Positions 57,545 through 64,000 of a stretch of DNA of 64,000 nucleotides are shown one piece after another. Below the pieces are notes generated by a model. That model saw only the letters and a list, made by a program, of their open reading frames with translations, made no database searches and had not been told where the DNA came from. The translations under genes were made by a program, and so were the position numbers. The stretch covers positions 51,480 to 115,479 of IMG/VR virus record IMGVR_UViG_3300044591_000896. One strand, 5' to 3'. This DNA is from a virus. The stretch's first letter is position 1, and each line of letters opens with the position of its first letter.

Positions 57545-58232
57545 TAACTTTTAATCTTAAGGCTTTTATTTCGTGATCACCTATTTTATTACCATAATGA
57601 TCTACGCCATCTCTATAGAAATTTGTCCATTTGCCAGCCTTATTTATTTCATAAACAATATCTCCATATTTATCATCTGGGAAAAACCCTGGAGGCAATT
57701 CAAACATATCACGAACTACTGCTTCTGAGTTGTTTAGTTCTTGTAATGATATTGGCATTATGGATATTACTGGTGTGCCAGCCTTAATAGTAATTACTGT
57801 ATCTGGTCTAGTAATTCTCCATGCTACTGGAAATTCACCCTTAAAAAATGAAGTTGATATGACTCCAGTAAATGGGTGTGCTCCGTCTATAAATTGATTA
57901 GGGACGGGCATTCCCATTATGCTGAGGTTCTCTTCGGTTCTAAACAGCAAACCAGTATTAAAGCTTATGGTTGCATTTCCTCTTGTGTTATGTGCGTACT
58001 TTTCTCCTGAAAGAATCTTTACATGATCTGATTCTGAATTAGAAATACCATCCCATATAAAGCTAATATCCTCTGGAAAAGATATCCCCCAACCAAGAGC
58101 ATTTGAAAGACTTACTGGAAAGCATTTATATGCATGCGCCTCATAAGTTTCGTCCATCCAGGATCTTTTTATTCCTAGCGGCTCAAGCTTTCCATAGTTT
58201 GCTCTTGTTTGGTAGACATCAAATTTGTGCAT
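57510..58232 (-). CDS. DUF6065 family protein
   Basis: RSWMD...HAYKCFPV..SN..GW...P.DI...WDG; GTPVISIMP. Confidence 0.7.
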   Translation of the reverse strand: MHKFDVYQTRANYGKLEPLGIKRSWMDETYEAHAYKCFPVSLSNALGWGISFPEDISFIWDGISNSESDHVKILSGEKYAHNTRGNATISFNTGLLFRTEENLSIMGMPVPNQFIDGAHPFTGVISTSFFKGEFPVAWRITRPDTVITIKAGTPVISIMPISLQELNNSEAVVRDMFELPPGFFPDDKYGDIVYEINKAGKWTNFYRDGVDHYGNKIGDHEIKALRLKVNDGKPVACSDK

Positions 58233-58909
58233 TAGTACTCACTATCTTTTAATGAAAGATTTGTAGCATGTTGCTTATAAAATTCTGGCGAATGTGCAGA
58301 ATCATTATAGTCAGTCATTGTTACTAAGGAATACTTTGTTCCAGTTAGAACTGGCATTGCTCTATGTGAAAATAGATACGTTGATGGGAAAATAAATAAG
58401 TCTCCAGCATTTGGTTTTACCTCAATGCCAAGTTTTCCAAAACTTAATCCGCCGCCCTCGTAATCATCATTTAAGTATCCAACCATTGAAACTGTAGCAA
58501 TATATGACCAGCCGTGGTCAGCATGCTCAGCAAAGTGTTGTCCTGGGCCATACTTGATAAAGTTCATAGCTTCCCAATACTTCATATCAATATTGTAAAA
58601 CTTTGAATAGTCATCTAATGCAACTTTTTGAGCGTCATAAAGATCTTGCCAAACACTATCAAATTCAAGCATGAACTCATCTTTGCCTGGGTAATCCATC
58701 TTTTTTAATTTAAAATCGTAACAATCACGATACTCTGGAATTTTTTCTCTATAGCCTACAGTGGCTTCTTTCCAGTTATGCAGTCCATTGCTTGCCTTTA
58801 GAGTATTTTCAACTCTTTCAATGGCATTGATTTCTGGCTTCAATACGTCACGGTATAGCCATAATCCAGGAAACAATTCTTCTTTTGAAGAGTATCCAAT
58901 ATTTGACAT
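58232..58909 (-). CDS. 2OG-Fe(II) oxygenase, prolyl 4-hydroxylase-like
   Basis: HAD, YLNDDYEGG, HRAMPV..GTKY. Confidence 0.9.
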   Translation of the reverse strand: MSNIGYSSKEELFPGLWLYRDVLKPEINAIERVENTLKASNGLHNWKEATVGYREKIPEYRDCYDFKLKKMDYPGKDEFMLEFDSVWQDLYDAQKVALDDYSKFYNIDMKYWEAMNFIKYGPGQHFAEHADHGWSYIATVSMVGYLNDDYEGGGLSFGKLGIEVKPNAGDLFIFPSTYLFSHRAMPVLTGTKYSLVTMTDYNDSAHSPEFYKQHATNLSLKDSEY

Positions 58910-58953
58910 CAATTACTTCTTTCTATTATTATCTAAATTAATAAAAAATTAAT

Positions 58954-59346
58954 TTAGCTCCAAGCACTTCCAGTTTCTGGTAGGGTTTCAGAAGTTACTG
59001 GGTAAACTGATACACCTTCAGCTGCAGCCTTTATAAATGCCTGTACTGTTCCTGTGCTTACATACATAACTCTTTTTATATAAAATATTTTATTGTCAGA
59101 GATAAAAGCAAATCTGTGCTGTCCTTCTACAATGTGTGCTGGTTCACTGTCATCATGAGTAAAAGATGTTCCATCCCATGTTGAGCCAATTCTTGCCTCT
59201 TCATTATCTGTTATATCAATAATGCCAGTTGTATTATCAAATCCCGCTTTTTTTCTAGGATATGAGGAAGCTTCTGGATCTAATGTAACTGTTCCTAGAA
59301 CAATATTATCTGAAACAAAAACGTATGAATTTTCTATAATTGCCAT
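58954..59346 (-). CDS. Hypothetical protein with internal duplication
   Basis: YVFVSDNIV...IGSTW and FAFISDNKI...TGSAW halves; AGGAGA RBS. Confidence 0.7.
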   Translation of the reverse strand: MAIIENSYVFVSDNIVLGTVTLDPEASSYPRKKAGFDNTTGIIDITDNEEARIGSTWDGTSFTHDDSEPAHIVEGQHRFAFISDNKIFYIKRVMYVSTGTVQAFIKAAAEGVSVYPVTSETLPETGSAWS

Positions 59347-59364
59347 TTTTTTCTCCTGTCAATA

Positions 59365-59373
59365 ATTATATCA
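59365..59373 (-). promoter_or_regulatory. Extended -10 promoter (TGATATAAT) heading the oxygenase operon
   Basis: Consensus motif immediately downstream of a hairpin and upstream of an RBS. Confidence 0.65.
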
Positions 59374-59405
59374 TTTAAGTGGGGCTGTTGCCAGCCCCAC
59401 TTAAA
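59374..59405 (-). terminator. Perfect 14-bp hairpin after the PPxF-repeat gene
   Basis: TTTAAGTGGGGCTG-GCAA-CAGCCCCACTTAAA (GNRA loop); weak U tract. Confidence 0.7.
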
Positions 59406-59411
59406 CTTAAT

Positions 59412-60314
59412 TTAGTATCTGAATCCGAACCGTGGTGGTGCGAAGTACGGTGGGAAGTATGGTGGTGAGAACCCGAAGAACGGATATCCTCCAAAGTACG
59501 GTGGGAAGTATGGTGGTGAGAACCCGAAGTACGGTGGGAAGAATGGTGGGAAGTGTGGTGGGAAGAATGGTGGGAAGTGTGGTGGGAAGAATGGTGGGAA
59601 GAATGGTGGGAAGTACGGTGGGAAGAATGGTGGGAAGTGTGGTGGGAAGAATGGTGGGAAGAATGGTGGGAAGTGTGGTGGGAAGAATGGTGGGAAGAAT
59701 GGTGGGAAGTGAGGTGGCGTAAAGGTTGTAACCTGATTAGTACCTACTCCTGCTGATGTTCCGTTTGCATTTAATGCATAAACTGTATAACTTTGTGTCG
59801 TATTACCTGTCTCTGATATATCTTTAGGAGATACAGAGTTTACGTAAGATGGACCATCTGAAGAAACTATAGTATAGCTTGATACTGCTTTTCCTCCATC
59901 TGCTAATGGGGCATCCCATGTAACTCGGTCAGTGTTATTAGCAGGTGTTGTAGCAACTGCATTTCTTGGTGCTGAAGGAACTGTTGTTGCCGTAACGGTT
60001 GTTGTTGTAGGCAAAGAGCTTCCTGCTGCGTTGCTTGCAATAACTGTAAATACATAAGAGGTGTTAGAAGCTAATCCTGTAAATGTATGTGAAGTTGTTG
60101 CTGAAGTTTGGGTTGTTGTGACTGGTGTAGTCGTTATAGTATATAGAGTTGCTGGTGGAGATGCGGCTGGCAGTGACCATGTAAGGTTTACTGCTCCGTC
60201 GTTGTATGGACGGTTTGTGCCCACATCAGATCCAGTAAGGCTAGTTACTGCATTTGGCTCTAGGAAGTTATCTTGCGCTGAAGACTTAATTCCTTTTCTT
60301 TTACTTGTTGCCAT
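59412..60314 (-). CDS. FN3-domain protein with C-terminal PP-x-F repeats
   Basis: Two FN3 domains ([19 protein letters not shown]; VPSAP...WDAP..DGG...[10 protein letters not shown]), then about 100 aa of PP(F/H/Y/R)F. Confidence 0.85.
   Translation of the reverse strand: MATSKRKGIKSSAQDNFLEPNAVTSLTGSDVGTNRPYNDGAVNLTWSLPAASPPATLYTITTTPVTTTQTSATTSHTFTGLASNTSYVFTVIASNAAGSSLPTTTTVTATTVPSAPRNAVATTPANNTDRVTWDAPLADGGKAVSSYTIVSSDGPSYVNSVSPKDISETGNTTQSYTVYALNANGTSAGVGTNQVTTFTPPHFPPFFPPFFPPHFPPFFPPFFPPHFPPFFPPYFPPFFPPFFPPHFPPFFPPHFPPFFPPYFGFSPPYFPPYFGGYPFFGFSPPYFPPYFAPPRFGFRY
59526..59717 (-). repeat. 16 tandem 12-bp units encoding [12 protein letters not shown]
   Basis: Directly visible; five further PPxF units lie in 59427-59516. 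Confidence 0.97.
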
Positions 60315-60332
60315 TTATTTATCCCCTATTCC

Positions 60333-62528
60333 TTACGCAGTCAAATCGCCCATGAGAACCCAAGTATTAGCTGCTCTCTTGAATAATGTTGCTGATGACC
60401 AACGTGCTCTTAATGTTAAGCCTGGTGTTGCATTTACTGTTGTTCCAGAAGTTGCAATTGTTACAGCTCCTGTGTTTGTTCTTAATATATCAATAGATGT
60501 TCCTACTGGGTATGTTATGCCGTTTGTGCCATCTGCAGTAACTGTAATTGTGACTGCTGATCCACCTGTGTGGTTTACTTCTAGCATTTGATCTCTGTAG
60601 TTTGCATCTGTTATATTAAATGCTGCTGTCTTTTCAACAATTGATGTTAGTGAAGGAACTCCTTGCTTTGTCTGTGTTCCATCTGTAAAGACTACTCCAG
60701 CTGCTGTTAAGTTGTTTACAGCAAGGTCATCAAGTGATCCTTGTGTGAAATCAACTGTTGTTGATGGCTCTGTGGTTACACCCTTGAATAATTTCCAAGA
60801 ATCTGCAGATACATCTCTTACTATACCTGAGTGCTTTGCTGCTCCGTCATTATAGCCAACTACAAGACCTAGGTCTACTGTGTTTCCAGCATTTTGGTGA
60901 GCAAGCTGTACTAGGTTATCTTCAATTGTAATAGATGTTGCTGATGCGTTAAATGTTGTACCATTTACAGTAAGGTTACCCTGAACTGTTAGTGCTCCGT
61001 CTAATGTTGTAGACTGTGCATCTGTTGTTACAAGCTTTGATGTATCAGCAATTCCGTGAACTGATGTTGTAGCGTTATTATGTGATGACACTGCAGATGA
61101 TGCTGTTCCAGCTGCATCGTAATTTGACGCTAATCCATCTGCATAGTTTTCTGATGCTACTGCTGCAGCATCAATTGCTTCTGATTTAGCTGTAGCTACC
61201 TGCGCCGTTGTTGCAAGAAGTGATGTATCTGCAATTCCATGTACAGATGTTGTATCTAATGTGTGTGTTGAAACTGCTGCGTCTGCGTATGCCTTTGTTG
61301 CAAGATCTGCAGTGTTTGCAATTCCGTGAACATTTGTCTCATCTGCTGCGTGGGCTGTTAAATCCCCTGCATCTGCTTTTAGATCTAATGCTGTTTGTGT
61401 AGCGGTTGAAATTGGCTTTGCTGCGTCTGATGTGTCATCTACGTTAGAAAGACCAACCATTCCCTTAGTTATTCCGCCAACTGTACCAGTAAATACTGGT
61501 GAGGCTAGTGGTGCTTTTGCATCTAACTGAGCTTGTACGTTAGATGTAACACTGTTTAGGTATCCAATTTCAGTATTTGATACATCGCCAATTGATGTTG
61601 TTGCTGGCAATGTTATTGAACCTGTGAAGATTGCGCCTTCTGTAGGAGCTTTGCTATCTAGCTGAACCTGTATGGCAGATGTTACTCCATTTACATATCC
61701 AATTTCAGTATTTGAAACATCTCCAATAGATGTTGTTGCTGGAAGTGTTACTGATCCTGTAAATATAGGTCCTGATAGAGGAGCTTTAGCATCTAACTGT
61801 ACTTGTATGTTTGATGTTACTCCATTTACATATCCAATTTCAGCTTCTGAAACGTTTCCAATTGTTGTTGTTGAAGGAAGAACAACTCCTCCAGTAAATG
61901 TTGGTGAATTTAGTGGAGCTTTAGTATCTATTGCTGTTAGTGCTCCTTCTACAACAGAGGCATCAGCCTTTGCTGTTAATGCTGTTGCAACTGTAGATGC
62001 AAAGTTAGCGTCGTCGCCAAGAGCATCTGAAAGTTCACTCAAAGTATTCAAAACTGCTGGTGCTGCACCAACAAGTTGAGCAAATGCTTGATCTGTGTAT
62101 GACTCTGCATACATCTTTGTTGCCATGATTGATGTGTCTGCTGTTAATGTAATTGTATTAGCTACATCGTCATATACTTTTGAAACACCTGTTCCAGCTG
62201 TTATTGCTGTATTTACAGCATCTTGTGAAAGTTCTGTTATATCTAATTGAGCTGCTGGTACTTTACCTGAGCTATTAAGTGAAGCTACACCATTAGGCTG
62301 TCCAAGTAGGTTATCTTCAAGATAAGCACCTACTCTATTCTCTAAATCAGATAATGGTTCATTTGCGTAAGGAAGTGCATTCCATGCTGTGCTTCCAGTT
62401 CCAAACTTAAAATAATTTGTGTCGGACTCAAGTCCAACTTCTCCTGCTGCTAGAATTGGGTTAACTAGAGCCCATTGAGCTTCTGTTCCTCTTCTTACTT
62501 GAATTCTTACTGTTGACATATTTGCCAC
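60333..62528 (-). CDS. Fibre protein with Mtd-N-like N-terminus
   Basis: IQVRRGT..QW...NPILAAGE.G.E.DT..FKFG.G...WN.LPY; APAVLNTLSELSDALGDD; three HGIA(D/N)T repeats; C-terminal WVLMGDL domain. Confidence 0.8.
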   Translation of the reverse strand: MANMSTVRIQVRRGTEAQWALVNPILAAGEVGLESDTNYFKFGTGSTAWNALPYANEPLSDLENRVGAYLEDNLLGQPNGVASLNSSGKVPAAQLDITELSQDAVNTAITAGTGVSKVYDDVANTITLTADTSIMATKMYAESYTDQAFAQLVGAAPAVLNTLSELSDALGDDANFASTVATALTAKADASVVEGALTAIDTKAPLNSPTFTGGVVLPSTTTIGNVSEAEIGYVNGVTSNIQVQLDAKAPLSGPIFTGSVTLPATTSIGDVSNTEIGYVNGVTSAIQVQLDSKAPTEGAIFTGSITLPATTSIGDVSNTEIGYLNSVTSNVQAQLDAKAPLASPVFTGTVGGITKGMVGLSNVDDTSDAAKPISTATQTALDLKADAGDLTAHAADETNVHGIANTADLATKAYADAAVSTHTLDTTSVHGIADTSLLATTAQVATAKSEAIDAAAVASENYADGLASNYDAAGTASSAVSSHNNATTSVHGIADTSKLVTTDAQSTTLDGALTVQGNLTVNGTTFNASATSITIEDNLVQLAHQNAGNTVDLGLVVGYNDGAAKHSGIVRDVSADSWKLFKGVTTEPSTTVDFTQGSLDDLAVNNLTAAGVVFTDGTQTKQGVPSLTSIVEKTAAFNITDANYRDQMLEVNHTGGSAVTITVTADGTNGITYPVGTSIDILRTNTGAVTIATSGTTVNATPGLTLRARWSSATLFKRAANTWVLMGDLTA
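61490..61925 (-). repeat. Degenerate 135-bp (45-aa) repeats, about 3.3 copies
   Basis: KAP...P.FTG.V.LP.TT.IG.VS..EIGY.N.VTS..Q.QLD repeated. Confidence 0.9.
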
Positions 62529-62551
62529 CCCTAATTTAGACTTATTTTGTA

Positions 62552-62560
62552 ATTATAGCA
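62552..62560 (-). promoter_or_regulatory. Extended -10 promoter (TGCTATAAT)
   Basis: Consensus motif in the intergenic gap upstream of the fibre and PPxF genes. Confidence 0.65.
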
Positions 62561-62580
62561 TCATAAAAATTCAAAAACAA

Positions 62581-62970
62581 TTAAGCAATTGTTCCTGAAT
62601 CAAAGGTCATACTATAGTTTGTTGTGCTTATATCTCCGCCATCTGCAAATTTAGTAGCTGTGTTATTTACGCCATTTGCATAGACTGTATATATTGGCTG
62701 ACCATCAAAATCTATGGCCAAACCAATGTCCATAAATGTTAGTGCTCCTGTATCTTCGACTGCATCTTCTAAAAGAGCTATCTCTTTCCATACTCCGCCA
62801 ACTTGGATTTTTAGTCTTCCAGTTGTCGAATCATACGCTAGGGGTGTTGAATTTAATACAAGATTATCTACATTTACGGCAGAAGAAAATGTTGCTGCTC
62901 CTGCTATTGTTGCTGCTCCTGCGACATTCAAGCCATTCTTTACTCTAAAGTTTTTATCTACTGTTGCCAT
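62581..62970 (-). CDS. Small fibre-associated protein
   Basis: KNFRVKNGL N-terminus, C-terminal FDSG motif; fibre context. Confidence 0.6.
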   Translation of the reverse strand: MATVDKNFRVKNGLNVAGAATIAGAATFSSAVNVDNLVLNSTPLAYDSTTGRLKIQVGGVWKEIALLEDAVEDTGALTFMDIGLAIDFDGQPIYTVYANGVNNTATKFADGGDISTTNYSMTFDSGTIA

Positions 62971-63002
62971 TTAAGTTCACATATCCCCTAATTGTTTATT
63001 GT

Positions 63003-63025
63003 GGGGGATTTTTAAGGAATCCCCC
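63003..63025 (-). terminator. Stem-loop after the long fibre gene
   Basis: GGGGGATT-N7-AATCCCCC; no clear U tract. Confidence 0.55.
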
Positions 63026-63040
63026 AAAACCTTTATTTAA

Positions 63041-64000
63041 TTATGCCTTAAAAACTGTACCAGCTACAGTAATTGTTGAATCGTTTACTGGATTTACTCT
63101 GATTCGGCAATGAGTTGCATCTACATCTGCTGTAATTGTTCCTCTTGAACCATTTGTTCCAACGATTGCGTATTCTGTAATTGCTACGTTGCCAGATGAA
63201 TCTAATGTTACTAGAATTTCTGAGATTTCATTGTGTGTTCCGTTGTCAATTTTAACCAAGAACTTACCTGATTTAAATGTTGACTTATTGAACTGGTATG
63301 CTGTTACTACAACTGAACCTAGAGAAGTTACTCTAGCTGCTACCTGCTTTGCAACATCATTAATATTGAGATCTGTAAATGGTGTTGTTCCATCTAGAAC
63401 ATCGTCTAGTGCTGCCTGGGCAGTGGCTTCTGCTGCTGCTTGAGCGGCGTTAGCCTTTGAAGTAGAGTCTGCTGATGCAGTGGCTTCTGCTGCTGCTTGA
63501 GCGGCGTTAGCCTTTGAAGTAGCGTCTGCTGCTGCAGTGGCTTCTGCTGCTGCTTGAGCGGCGTTAGCCTTTGAAGTAGCGTCTGCTGCTGCAGTGGCTT
63601 CTGCTGCTGCTTGAGCGGCGTTAGCCTTTGAAGTAGCGTCTGCTGCTGCAGTTGAAACCGCTGTTGCGATGTCTGTTGTAACATCAGATGAGTTAGCTTT
63701 TGTTGCTAATGCTGATGTGAGGGTTGTTGCGTAATTAGCGTCATCGTTAATTGCTGCTGCTAATTCATTTAATGTATTAAGAAGTGATGGTGCACCATCT
63801 ACTAATGAATCTACTGCAGTTGAAATTGCTGTATTACGATTTGAAACTTCTGTTGATATTGCAGATGAAAGAGCTGCTGCTGCAGTGGCTTCTGCTGCTG
63901 CTTGAGCGGCGTTAGCCTTTGAAGTAGCGTCTGCTGCTGCAGTGGCTTCTGCTGCTGCTTGAGCGGCGTTAGCCTTTGAAGTAGCGTCTGCTGCTGCAGT
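63041..64000 (-). CDS. Long fibre protein, C-terminal part (start outside window)
   Basis: Frame appears open from the window edge to 63041; LVDGAPSLLNTLNELAAAINDD fibre motif; Ala-rich repeats; beta-rich C-terminal domain. Confidence 0.85.
   Translation of the reverse strand, partial: TAAADATSKANAAQAAAEATAAADATSKANAAQAAAEATAAAALSSAISTEVSNRNTAISTAVDSLVDGAPSLLNTLNELAAAINDDANYATTLTSALATKANSSDVTTDIATAVSTAAADATSKANAAQAAAEATAAADATSKANAAQAAAEATAAADATSKANAAQAAAEATASADSTSKANAAQAAAEATAQAALDDVLDGTTPFTDLNINDVAKQVAARVTSLGSVVVTAYQFNKSTFKSGKFLVKIDNGTHNEISEILVTLDSSGNVAITEYAIVGTNGSRGTITADVDATHCRIRVNPVNDSTITVAGTVFKA
63425..64000 (-). repeat. 57-bp near-identical repeats (TAAADATSKANAAQAAAEA), 4 + 2 copies
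   Basis: Units at 63425-63652 (four) and 63887-64000 (two); only the unit at 63425 differs, by 2 nt. Confidence 0.97.

Noticed and set aside
59432-59756. Plus-strand ORFs (WWEE and MVGR repeats)
   Set aside because: Antisense shadows of the PPxF repeat; the minus-strand frame is continuous with FN3 domains and matches the orientation of all other genes.
60333-62528. Diversity-generating retroelement suggested by the Mtd-N-like domain
   Set aside because: No reverse transcriptase or TR/VR pair is visible in the window; this N-terminal domain is widespread in ordinary fibres.
63-63443. The many short plus-strand ORFs in the track
   Set aside because: They overlap well-supported minus-strand genes and lack recognisable motifs.
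63406-63684. Track ORF with QQQKPLQQQ repeats
   Set aside because: Alternative frame of the 57-bp repeat; the frame ending at 63041 carries a recognisable fibre motif.
63425-64000. 57-bp repeats as a CRISPR array
   Set aside because: Head-to-tail with no unique spacers, length a multiple of 3, and inside an open reading frame.
1-64000. Alternative genetic code (stop-codon reassignment)
   Set aside because: Long genes translate intact with code 11, all three stops terminate genes, and no suppressor tRNA was found.

Overview
The whole window is a fragment of a large, AT-rich tailed (siphovirus-like) phage genome, and every credible gene lies on the minus strand. In transcription order (right to left) it holds accessory fibre genes, a Pro/aromatic-repeat protein followed by an operon of six 2OG-Fe(II) prolyl-hydroxylase-like enzymes and two DUF6065-like proteins, and a collagen-like fibre. 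Next come portal, protease/scaffold, capsid, neck, tail tube, a frameshifted tail chaperone, a 3759-aa tape measure protein and tail-tip proteins. These are followed by a replication/recombination module (DnaB, primase, gp32-like SSB, DnaE, MazG, RecA, SSB, Cas4-like nuclease, RuvC), a sugar-transfer/methylation cassette, terminase and ahpC-ahpD. Three tRNA genes are present, one inside the replication module and two near ahpC. AhpD, leaderless TGnTATAAT promoters and gene order suggest an actinobacterial host, possibly a low-GC freshwater lineage (inference). There are two standout observations. (1) A putative virion-protein modification system: a fibronectin-III protein ending in 21 PP-x-F repeats sits directly upstream of the hydroxylase operon. 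(2) The tape measure protein carries apparent enzymatic cargo (a HipA/PI3K-like kinase and two ADP-ribosyltransferase-like domains), each bounded by repeated x-x-x-G-G motifs. All family assignments come from motif recognition by eye; no searches were run.
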